This document shows, one piece after another, positions 44,685-54,869 of a stretch of 64,000 nt of DNA. Position numbers and translations under genes: made by a program. The DNA is taken from the NCBI GenBank assembly GCA_000165345.1, contig CM000429.1, positions 576,001 to 640,000 on the forward strand, written 5' to 3'. The notes below the pieces were generated by a model. It did not search any database. It worked only from the letters and a program-made list of their open reading frames with translations, and had not been told where the DNA came from. Each line of letters begins with the position of its first letter. The stretch's first letter is position 1.

Positions 44685-47600
44685 TTATACAGCTCTTAAC
44701 TGAGATAAAGCTTTAATATCATTCTTTTGATTATTCACAATTGAATGGCCACTACTCAATTTGTATTGATTAATATAACTCAATTGTTTCAATATCTTCT
44801 TCTCGTTATTGACTAGATAATCAAATACTTCCTTTGAAGATGCCCTGAGATCAGGATTGGGTCTTAGACACATGGTAATCAAGTTGTATAAAGAATCGGG
44901 AAGTGGAGGAATTTTCAATTCTCCTTCAATTTTGTTTGAATGAATCAGGTTATAGAGTGTTGAGTGCTTACCACTTTCATCAACTTTATCCAAAATATGC
45001 TGCAAAGGAGTCCTCTTGCATAAGATTTCTAAAAAGATGCAACCCATACTCCAAACGTCCACCTTCTCATTAGCGTTTGAATTAGGCCTCGCTGGGTCAG
45101 TACACCCCACAATTTCCGGAGGCGCATATTGCCATGTAACTGCTGTACAGCATGTTATAGTATTATAATGGAGTTCCTCAGCATCACCAAAATCACAAAT
45201 TCGAATATTGTAATTCTCATCAATAAGAATATTATTTGACTTGAGATCTTTATGTACTATTTTTGGAGACAAAGAGTGTAAAAATCTTATTGAATCTGCC
45301 AATTGATACATCACTTTGTACCTATATTCTACGCTTTCTCTAAAAGCTTTACTACGAGAACCATTACCATGAATCAACTTGAATAAATCACCTGTCCTGA
45401 TATATTCCGTTACCAACCAAATTTCATATTCATTAATCCTGATTCCTCCAATTAGATTTAAGATATTCGGATGCCTGTTACACCTATAAAGTAACTTCCA
45501 TTCAGTATAACATCTATATCTTGACATTAATGGGTCTGAATCATGAATTCTTTTTTGGGGACATTTTACAGCTGCAACACATTCATTATGCCTTACCTTA
45601 TATACTGTGCAAAATGTTCCTCTATTGATACTATCCCATTCCCTTCCCTTCCCAGGAGTAGAGCCTTTTACTTGGCTCACATTTGTCTCACCATCCTGAG
45701 AGTTTGTGGGGAATCTTTTAACTTTTATTGCACTTGGCTCCGAAGAAATTGGACGTGTTAGAAACTCTATATCACCTACATACATTTCTTTTGGTAGAGG
45801 AGGAAATTGGCTTGAATCCGCTAAATACTGATACATTTTATTTACATATCCTTTTCTTGTATTTTGGTTTCTATAATTGAGATTCTCCTCTCTGGTATAA
45901 TTTTCCTTATGAATAGAGTTCCCTCCAATAGGAGCCTTACTAGGCCCAACATAATTTTTTACAGTTCTAACTAATCTATATCCAAGGTTTTGAGGAACCC
46001 CCACAGGAGCTCTTCTATAAATATGAGAATTCAAACCTCCATCAAAAATTCTTCCACCCCGTGAGCTTCCAGGGACTAATCCATTTATTGGATTACTTCC
46101 TTGAGTATTAGAAGCTTGAGATTGCTTTGATAGGGAATTTCCAGCATAGCCGACAGTACCAGGTATTATATTAATATTTGAGTTAATTTTGGGGTTGGCC
46201 ATCTCAATAACTCCAGGGCTACCGACTCCACTAGGCACAACAGGATAATTTGGGATAAGTAAAGGAGCTACAGGCGTATATACCGTCTCCTTATATTCAT
46301 TACTACCCATAACGTTCATATTTCTTGGAGAATTTGATCCATTTGAAGAGCTCATAATACCATTATTCCCTGTAATCTCCGTTGTAACATATTTACATGC
46401 ATCATTACTTGAAAGCTGAGGAGGAACAGTTTTAACCTTAAGATTACTTGCAATATCTCTATATCTTACCATTGGAGTTACAAGATAGTCCAAAGTACTT
46501 CTATAATTAATTACTGGACTAGCCTGAGGGATAAATCCCTTATGTAAATCATGTTCATTCTCACTCTTTATCTTTTCTTGAGCATTGCTGTTCTCTTTAA
46601 CCGTTGTTTTCGTAGTATCCAAATTAGTATTGGAAGGCCTCTCTTGTATTGCCTTAGCATTAACGATATGATTACTCATTGTCACACTCCCAGTATCACT
46701 AGACGTTGTTGTTGTAAGTGAAAGAGTCTGAAAATTCCCATTATTTGCTCTTAAAACTTGTTTCGAAGCCTGAGCAGTTTGCTTGCTAGAAGATACGTTC
46801 TCCTTTCTCTTTATATTATCTTCTTCCAAAGTTTTCACTTGTATTGGAATCCCAAGCCCAAAAGATGAAATAGGCTGGCATACGCTTCCAGCAGAACCTA
46901 CAGAACCTACAGTCCCATTTCTGGGATGGCTCATACTACTAGCAGCAGCTTCATTACTTGATTGAAGCCTTGTTTCTTGGTTCACATCCAAAAGCTCTGC
47001 GCCAGAAGATTGATTTGAATCTATATTACTAAAACCATTGCTTGGAACATGAGACATACTTCTATAACCAACTAACGGAGTTCCAAACCCTAATATTTGA
47101 TTATTTATCGAATTACCTAAATAAGAATTTGTGTTTGGTAATGCATTTATCGTTCCCACTCCGACTGGATAAAGTCCAGGTAATTCTTTTCCTAGAATTA
47201 AGTTATTTGTACCAACAATAGCTTCCTGAGAGTACAAATTCTTGTGTACTAGCCCATGCCCCACAGATCCAGCAAGTCCATTGCTACCCATTTCAACTTG
47301 ATTATGAGTATATATAGGCTGATAGACGATTTTATTTGTTTGAGGAATAACCCTTTTAGTAATTAGTGGAGTGTTATAAACAATCTGATGCTGTTTACCT
47401 ACCATTTGAACCGGAATCTGCCTAAATTGTATTATAGGAGAAGGCACAATTATTGAATTATGATTTGGAACATTTGGGATTTGCGCCACTTCCTTTTCAG
47501 AACCAGAATGCATTGTATCTGCTTGCTCAACAATTTTATGAGCTACCTTAAACTTATTCTTTCCATAAGAGTATTTTGCATGTACTGGTCTACCACTAAC

Positions 47601-48152
47601 ATGTGCTATAATTTGTAACTGTGAGTTATCACCATTCTTTTCGTAGGCTAATTTTGAAGCTGCTCCTCCATTACTTTTTGAAGTTGTTTTGCTCGATGGG
47701 TTCGACTTGTTTCCAGAACTTAATAAAGCTACTGAGTTGCTTGCTTCAAGTTTTGAATTAACAATTTGGCTTTCTCCAGAATTTGGATTCTCGTCTTCAA
47801 CATCAGTTCCAACTGCAACAGTTTCACCGCCTCTAATTTGATGAACACCCATTATATCACTTACATTCTGCCTCCCGATATTTGGTTTTTGGTTAACTGG
47901 TACCTCCGAGAAGTTTGTTTCATTAACCGACTGAACAGTATCTCCATACCCAAATAAAGACATGAAATTGTTGGCTATTGCTCTAAATGCAGAATCCCTC
48001 ACTGCTTTGTTATTTTTAGAAGTTCTCTTATGCTCATTATTCTGGAATTGCGAATTTATACTATGTGATTTGGAATTTTCATTCGCATAAATATCATCAG
48101 AAATTATATTATTGGAAATATTACTTGTGTTCTCTTTTACCAGACCGATCAT
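44685..48152 (-). CDS. Protein kinase with a long low-complexity N-terminal region (C-terminal Ser/Thr kinase domain)
   Basis: GTFCTVYKV..VAAVK, HKDLKSNNILI, DFGDAEE, APPE, DVWSMGCIFLE; about 800 aa of N/S/G-rich sequence upstream; first ATG at 48152 (the track start at 48179 is GTG). Confidence 0.7.
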   Translation of the reverse strand: MIGLVKENTSNISNNIISDDIYANENSKSHSINSQFQNNEHKRTSKNNKAVRDSAFRAIANNFMSLFGYGDTVQSVNETNFSEVPVNQKPNIGRQNVSDIMGVHQIRGGETVAVGTDVEDENPNSGESQIVNSKLEASNSVALLSSGNKSNPSSKTTSKSNGGAASKLAYEKNGDNSQLQIIAHVSGRPVHAKYSYGKNKFKVAHKIVEQADTMHSGSEKEVAQIPNVPNHNSIIVPSPIIQFRQIPVQMVGKQHQIVYNTPLITKRVIPQTNKIVYQPIYTHNQVEMGSNGLAGSVGHGLVHKNLYSQEAIVGTNNLILGKELPGLYPVGVGTINALPNTNSYLGNSINNQILGFGTPLVGYRSMSHVPSNGFSNIDSNQSSGAELLDVNQETRLQSSNEAAASSMSHPRNGTVGSVGSAGSVCQPISSFGLGIPIQVKTLEEDNIKRKENVSSSKQTAQASKQVLRANNGNFQTLSLTTTTSSDTGSVTMSNHIVNAKAIQERPSNTNLDTTKTTVKENSNAQEKIKSENEHDLHKGFIPQASPVINYRSTLDYLVTPMVRYRDIASNLKVKTVPPQLSSNDACKYVTTEITGNNGIMSSSNGSNSPRNMNVMGSNEYKETVYTPVAPLLIPNYPVVPSGVGSPGVIEMANPKINSNINIIPGTVGYAGNSLSKQSQASNTQGSNPINGLVPGSSRGGRIFDGGLNSHIYRRAPVGVPQNLGYRLVRTVKNYVGPSKAPIGGNSIHKENYTREENLNYRNQNTRKGYVNKMYQYLADSSQFPPLPKEMYVGDIEFLTRPISSEPSAIKVKRFPTNSQDGETNVSQVKGSTPGKGREWDSINRGTFCTVYKVRHNECVAAVKCPQKRIHDSDPLMSRYRCYTEWKLLYRCNRHPNILNLIGGIRINEYEIWLVTEYIRTGDLFKLIHGNGSRSKAFRESVEYRYKVMYQLADSIRFLHSLSPKIVHKDLKSNNILIDENYNIRICDFGDAEELHYNTITCCTAVTWQYAPPEIVGCTDPARPNSNANEKVDVWSMGCIFLEILCKRTPLQHILDKVDESGKHSTLYNLIHSNKIEGELKIPPLPDSLYNLITMCLRPNPDLRASSKEVFDYLVNNEKKILKQLSYINQYKLSSGHSIVNNQKNDIKALSQLRAV

Positions 48153-48550
48153 TCTATAACCCTTTCTCTCTCCTATCACCGATATTGATGTTTATTTATG
48201 TTGAAGTCGCTCTTTCCGTCATGAAATTACTTATCACCTTCCATTAATTAATATTGTCCCTAAGATCCTTTTTGCTACCTATTGCCTTTTTATCCTTTCT
48301 TATACCCACTAAGATTCAATTTTAACATGAAAGAGAGACAGCTGACGTTGTGTGGGTTTGTGGCACTAATTACATTATCGAGAAGTGGACAGTTCAAGAA
48401 TAAATCAGATTTTGATTCAAATCTATTTAAAATGACTCATTATTTATTTAAAAGAAAGTATCACTCAACGGTTGACTTTTTTGTAGAATTATTCCTCAAT
48501 CAACATTTAATCCTCGAAATTAAATAATGATTACCTCCACAAAAATAGTG

Positions 48551-48560
48551 ATTGGCGCCA
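48551..48560. promoter_or_regulatory. Palindromic E2F-like site TTGGCGCCAA upstream of the 44685 kinase gene
   Basis: As above. Confidence 0.4.
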
Positions 48561-49110
48561 AACTTCTTAAATTAAATGATTAAAAAAAAGATTAAGAAAT
48601 AATGAAATATACTCGTTTCAAGTAACTTTTGGTTAATTATAGGAGTAAAAAGTTTAGTATTTTTTTTTTAGTGAGAACATTATATATCTTTGAGCTCCTA
48701 GCTGCACCTTTTGTTCAATTAGTTTTTTAGGCAAACCGTTTCAGGAGCTATTTCTATAGGGAAAAAAAAGGATTAATATTGATGTGTGTACATGTTCAAA
48801 AGCGTTCTTCTTGTTTAACATCTTAACAGATTATTGTATTTTTGCCTCATCAATGATAGTAATAGCGGGATATGAAGGCAGGTTATGAGGTAACAGTAAA
48901 GGCCAAGGATATAATGGCAGGGAATTGGGTAAAATAAAAATCTTGCAAAGAAAATCATGAAACACGTTTTTTAGTTTACATTTTTTTTCTTCAAGTTATT
49001 GTCTTACTTATATATTTGTAAAACTAAACCAATTATTGAAATAAATGCAACTTTTAATACAAATTTTACTTTTTAAAGAATAAACATTAAAGGTTTAAAT
49101 CGAAATATTA

Positions 49111-50148
49111 ATGAACAATTTAAGAAATATATCAAAAAGTGGTATTGGGTATAGTTTTTGTCGCTCGTTAGTCAGGAAAACACATAATTTGTTTGGATTC
49201 AAATTTTTGAATATTGGCATTAAGAATCAAATTAATCTTGCAAGAGCAGCTAGGTTTAATTCAACCATTAAAGACTCGAACACTGGTGAAAATAACAAAT
49301 ACGTTTACTTTGGGGATCGTATTGTGGACAAAGATACTAAAAGGAAGCTAATTGAACAGGTTTTTAGCTCAGTTTCGAATAAATATGATTTAATGAATGA
49401 TTTGATGAGTCTTGGATTACATAGGTGTTGGAAGGACATATTTGTAGAGAATATCATTTCTCCTGAATCATTTTTGAGAATAAAAAGAGAGAAAGACGAA
49501 GATTTCTCAAATGTAACTATTTTGGATGTTGCTGGAGGAACAGGAGATGTTTCTTTTAGGATTATTGATAAGTTCAGAAAAGATAATATTGAGGTTTTAC
49601 CAAATATTATAGTTGTCGATTCTAATAATGAAATGATTGAGCAAGGACAGCTAAAATCAATTGAAAAAGGAGACTGCAGCATTATTTGGATTAAAGATGA
49701 TGGAGAACAACTTAGTCAAATTCCTAGTAACAGTGTAGATGTTGTTGCGATATCGTTTGGAATTCGCAACTTTACAAATATTGAAAAAGGCCTCAAATCA
49801 TTCTATAGGGTACTAAAACCTGGGGGAAGATTTCTATGTTTAGAGTTCAGCAAAGTCAATAATCCTTTAATTTCTTCTATTTACCAACTTTACTCATCCA
49901 TTGCAATTCCTAGTCTTGGTGAATTTGTTGCAGGAGATAGAGAATCATATAATTATCTAGTAAGTTAAATGTTAAGTACTTCACTTTTTCATGACTAAAA
50001 TAAATAGGTTGAAAGCATACGCCGATTTCCAGATGCTGAGAAGTTTGCTCAACTTTTAATTAATGCTAATTTTACAGATGTAAAGTCTTCAACTATGACC
50101 TTTGGAGTAGTTGCAATACATAGCGGATTCAAGCCAACAGATGCTTAG
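49111..50148 (+). CDS. COQ5: 2-methoxy-6-polyprenyl-1,4-benzoquinol methylase COQ5/UbiE; join(49111..49959,50008..50148), 48-nt intron
   Basis: YDLMNDLMSLGLHRCWK and VAGGTGD motifs; the donor CTA|GTAAGT and acceptor AAATAG|GTT restore the conserved C-terminus YNYLVESIRRFP...VVAIHSGFK; the N-terminus looks like a mitochondrial presequence. Confidence 0.85.
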
Positions 50149-50466
50149 AGTTAGCTATAGAACTATTTAGAGTTACTAGCTAAATACTAACTCATTTTTA
50201 TTTTTAATTGCAAAAAATGCATCAAAAATTTTATTACATAGATATTGTATTTGCATGCAATATTTAGTGATTTGTTTTATTTTATTTTTCCAGCTTAAGC
50301 CAACAAAATTTGAATTAATTTTTTTGGCGGTTTATTTATTTAATAATCCCTCGTAACTTTGTTGTGTTAAACTATAAACAGGTGCAAAAGAATGTAAGCA
50401 TCCGGAACTTATCATCATTTTAGAATCACAGACTAACTGAGTAGCCTTTCATAGATATAGGTATAG

Positions 50467-52545
50467 ATGAATTTCATTTTTGGAGCAATTTTGTGGGGCT
50501 TGTTAATCTTTCCTGCTCTCTTCCAAAAATGTCATGGTAATAAATATAGAACAAATTTGGACAAATATACTAAAATTTATCAGTACCAAACAAGCGAAAT
50601 TGAGCTTTATTTTCCAAATAATGATATTTTTGAGAATGAAAGAGAAAATTCCCAGGCTAAAGAGGAAATAAAAGATTTAAAGTCAACTAAAGTGAGCGAT
50701 ATTAGGTATAGCTTCATGAAATTAGGTAGAAAAGAATTTCTATGTGGTTTTGAGGGATATGGAAAAAATGATAGCCTTAATTTATCAGAAGAGACTAATC
50801 AATCTTGGGATAATATGAATTCTAAAGTCAAGAACTATTTAAAGAAGAGTAAAATTTCATGGTTAATGGAACGGTGCTTCATATATACAAAGAAGAAAGA
50901 TATTAATAATGGTATTCATGTCCAAGTAGATAACTTTGAAATATGTGTCGGTGTTTCAGTTCGTCACAAAAGACAGATAATTGACAAAGAAACCAGTGAC
51001 AATATATTAGAAAGTCAGTTCAATATTGTAGGCGATTATAAACCTACGGAAGACACATTTTATGAAAATGGAACAATCATCCAGTACTATAACCCAGCGA
51101 TAGAAAACTTAAAAGGAGATTCTGGGTATTCGGCTTCAATTGAGTTTAAATGTAGCTATAATAAATCAGGAATCAGTCAAGTAACAGAAGATGTTAACAA
51201 AGAATTTAAACCTGTGATTAAAGTAGACTTTTTGTCCCCTTCATTTTGTGATTGGAGGGTAGACGAAAGCAAGAATATTACATCTTTGCATAAGCTGGAA
51301 TCTTTACTGCTACCATTAGAAAACAGATGCCAAAACTTTACGGATTCAAGATTTTGGAATTATGAGCTTTGTAATCTGTACGTCGTATCTCAGTTCAAAA
51401 AAGACTCCTCAACTCAAGAATTGAGACTATTCAATTTAGGAATTCATCCAAACACTGCTCAAATACTAAATATAACAGATGATTTAGAAGAATATTTATC
51501 TAAGAATTTAATTTCAAATATAGTTAATACAATAAAGCCTGGTAGAGTTTCTTTACTTGAAAATATAACAACAAAAATCGAACCAAGAAACATAAACGAG
51601 TTGATTTCTGGAAAATATGTGCATAGTAAATATGTTATCACAGTAATGTTGTTAAATGGAACTTATTGTCCAGAAAATAATCAGAAAAGAAGTATTAAAT
51701 TAGTATTCGAATGCCCTGATAACTTTGAGAGTATCTCTGATTATTTTAGAATAGTAAATGTTATTGAGGATTCAACATGTAATTATGAAATGTTAATCAT
51801 TTCCCCCGTAATCTGCTCTCACCCTTTGTTGATGCCTCCTCCAATTTATAAGCACGGGAGAGTCAAATGCATACCTAAGAATTTGATTATTAACAAATTA
51901 ATAGAGGATGAATCTACAGAGCATTTGTTTGAATCTCAAGAAACAAGAAGTGAAAGTGGACTAGTTAGTATTAGTCAAATTGGCAATCAATTTGAAGCAG
52001 TTAATATAGAATATATAGATTCGACCAAGAATGGGAGCAGTACTCAACATTTCTTTACTCTGAGCGATTCTCCCAGGATTAGGAGCTCTAACCTAACTAG
52101 TCCAAAATTTTTGGTTGGTCAGATTGTGCAACATTTATGGTGGAACTATTATGGCGTCGTAGTTGGGTGGGATTGGGAACTAAATGCACCAAAACAATGG
52201 GCAGACAACATTTATCAAAAATACCCTCCAGAATCAAGGAAAAGGCCTCACTATTTGTTACTAGTTCATCAGGAAGAAACTCTCTTCAACAATTCATCGC
52301 CAATTGAATCTATTCCATCAAATCTCACACACACGTACATTCCAGAAATTGCATTAAAGCACGTTCCCAACTTAGATTCTGACAATCATTTCTCCAACAA
52401 AGATATCATTATTAATAAATATCTAAACACGTACTTCTCCTATTGGTCAGAAATCCATCAGAGATTTATACCTAACACAAATAGTACCCTTTGGAGAATT
52501 TACCCGAATGATTTCGACAAACTAAACGAAAGGGACGAACTATAG
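50467..52545 (+). CDS. Secreted/ER-lumenal protein with MRH (mannose-6-phosphate receptor homology) lectin-like domains and a C-terminal HspQ/YccV-like domain
   Basis: Signal peptide MNFIFGAILWGLLIFPALF; cysteine spacing typical of MRH domains (e.g. YCPENNQKRSIKLVFECPDN...STCNYEMLIISPVICSHP); C-terminal GQIVQHLWWNYYGVVVGWDWE...PHYLLLV resembles the HspQ/YccV hemimethylated-DNA-binding fold. Confidence 0.55.
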   Translation: MNFIFGAILWGLLIFPALFQKCHGNKYRTNLDKYTKIYQYQTSEIELYFPNNDIFENERENSQAKEEIKDLKSTKVSDIRYSFMKLGRKEFLCGFEGYGKNDSLNLSEETNQSWDNMNSKVKNYLKKSKISWLMERCFIYTKKKDINNGIHVQVDNFEICVGVSVRHKRQIIDKETSDNILESQFNIVGDYKPTEDTFYENGTIIQYYNPAIENLKGDSGYSASIEFKCSYNKSGISQVTEDVNKEFKPVIKVDFLSPSFCDWRVDESKNITSLHKLESLLLPLENRCQNFTDSRFWNYELCNLYVVSQFKKDSSTQELRLFNLGIHPNTAQILNITDDLEEYLSKNLISNIVNTIKPGRVSLLENITTKIEPRNINELISGKYVHSKYVITVMLLNGTYCPENNQKRSIKLVFECPDNFESISDYFRIVNVIEDSTCNYEMLIISPVICSHPLLMPPPIYKHGRVKCIPKNLIINKLIEDESTEHLFESQETRSESGLVSISQIGNQFEAVNIEYIDSTKNGSSTQHFFTLSDSPRIRSSNLTSPKFLVGQIVQHLWWNYYGVVVGWDWELNAPKQWADNIYQKYPPESRKRPHYLLLVHQEETLFNNSSPIESIPSNLTHTYIPEIALKHVPNLDSDNHFSNKDIIINKYLNTYFSYWSEIHQRFIPNTNSTLWRIYPNDFDKLNERDEL

Positions 52546-54572
52546 ATACATTTATCGATATCTCACATTTAAAAATTAGAAATTTGTTAGTTATAGCTAC
52601 TTATAGTTTACATAATTACTTAGTAAAACACAATTAATTTTAGATTTAATCTTGTTTTCCTCATCATTTAAAATTAAAAAAATTATACGTAAGACTCTCC
52701 CCCGCCACACATGGCGCCATAACGTCACGTCGAGCCACGCAATTTTTTTGCAAATTGAGATTGAATCTAATCAGTATTAATCTGTCTTTCATTACTTGAA
52801 ATTCAGAATTCAGTAAGCATATTGCTCATTTTCAGTGGACCTTTAGGATTAAAGCTTTTCGTTTTCTGATGTGAATGGCACTATCATGGTAATTATAACG
52901 CTTCGATTGGCTCTATCATGGTAATATTTCTTTGATGGCTGTACAATGATTTGATTTGTATCATGGAAGATATTTGCATTTGATTTTTGTCACTAATGAA
53001 CGATGATAGTATTGAATTATGTGTTTTATGAGTGGAAAAACCACTCCAACTCTTTCGGAATTTCCTTATGAGTTTCTTTTATTATCTGGTTGTTAAAAGG
53101 GTGAACTATTTTTTTTCAGGTAATATCGATGACTTGCATAGTTTGATTATCTTCATGGTTTTTCATATCTTTATCAACTGGACCTGTTTTTGCCTAACTC
53201 TAGAACATATTTTTCTACTATTATCATCAGTATTCAGCAGTGACAAACCTGATTAACAAGCTATTGGTAAACTAAGGTAAATCATTGGTTGAGAATGAAA
53301 ATATCCTTTCTTGACTTAGTGGATCAATCTTCCTTGTGACTTGCCAGAGTTCCCCTAATATTTATTGTCAGATGAACGTGTATCAAATGACCTCTTATAT
53401 GTGAATTTATCCCTGAATTCCTAATCTTAGTGAGTATTATTCTAATTGGCCTTTGAACAGTATTTATATTACTGGTAGACCTTTTAAGGTTGCTTCTGTC
53501 TCAAATTCCATGACATCTCTTACCTGAGCTTATATATATCTTTTCCAAAGCCTTTTAAAAAAAAAATTGTTTGAAGTTTCAGATATCTTGAAAATATTAC
53601 GATCAATTTATCCATGTTTATTGTTAAAGAGCATTAGTTCCTTGGGATAGAATTTTGGTGTATTATGATTGAGTGTATATAGAGTTGCTTTATCCATACT
53701 TGGTTCCGGTAATACTTAACTAGATAATATTATTTGAACTATTTTATCTGGCAGTCACATGGAAGGGGTACTTGTACATTGTTGTGATCATTCCATTTTC
53801 TTGGCTTGTTATTTCAAAAGTATCGTCACTGCTGGATATATGATATACAATATTGAAAACAATTCGTCCATTTATGTATTTTTAATCACCAAACATTCAT
53901 TTGGTTTATACATTGTGCTACGCCATCATCCGTTATTCCAATCTCTATCTTATTTGAAATACAACAATTCAACGTTTTCCAACAAGCTTGTCTTATTTTT
54001 CTTTTTAAACTTTTAATTATTGCCATTAGATGAAGATATGTTGTATCATTGGATTTTGTGTATTCAAAGCAATATACATAATATTTGTAAAATAGTAATT
54101 TTATACAGGCTGAATTGTTTTTCTTTTAGGGATAAAGAAGATAACTTATTTCGAGAAAAGAAGATTTCTTTATATTGAAGATTTCAAGGATGCCAATTGA
54201 TAACGAACTCAAGCGGTTCCGAGCTATGAATAACTAAGATTTATAAGGATGTCTGTAATGCATCTCTTAGCATACTAATTCAGGTTATGTTTCAAGTTTA
54301 ACGCTTTTCCTAATGTTTTGGTTAGGTTATAAAGTCAATTTTTGAAGAAAAAGAGGAAAGAGGCTTTAATCTATTGTGGCGCAAATTTGCTCGAGATTAT
54401 GGGAGATGATAATTGATGTTCTAATGGCAGTGTTTTCAACATAATTAGAGGGATGTGTAGATAACTGGCGGTGCTTGATGATGAGAAATTTAGATTGTGT
54501 TCGGATGTCGAATCCGCTTCGAATTTGTTTCATTAGGTGAGGTTTAGTTGCAAGGTCATGTTTATGCATGTT

Positions 54573-54586
54573 GTGCGCGCCAAAAG
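54573..54586. promoter_or_regulatory. E2F-like site (TTTTGGCGCGCAC on the minus strand), about 290 bp upstream of UTP21
   Basis: As above; located in the ORF-free GC-richer island. Confidence 0.35.
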
Positions 54587-54869
54587 TTGCTGCCATCCTC
54601 TAAGGTTGTATGAATGCCTTTCATCGTATTAGTCGCTTATTCTGAATGAGGTTTAGTGACTTTTTGCGAAAAAAGTCTTAATTTCGGAGTTAGGGTCATT
54701 AGTTCTTTTTAATTTTCTGTTTTTTTCCGATTATGTCTGAGCGGTGCCTCTGCTGTTCTGGTTAAGGATATACGCGGGAGACGGCCTTGTATTAGGCGGC
54801 AAGTGTGGTCTATAGTAATTTTTGACAATTGGTTGTAATGAGACTGATAATTGAATTAAATGAAATAAC

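Noticed and set aside
11-48179. Track ORF start positions at 11, 5178, 7072, 9759, 10770, 15980, 33133 and 48179
   Set aside because: These begin on TTG/GTG codons rendered as M by the ORF caller. For a eukaryotic nuclear gene I moved the start to the first in-frame ATG or to an upstream spliced exon.
54366-54596. 76-aa ATG ORF on the minus strand inside the GC-richer island
   Set aside because: It has no similarity to anything I recognise. Its openness is explained by the locally higher GC, which means fewer stop codons. I treat it as part of the candidate ncRNA region rather than a CDS.
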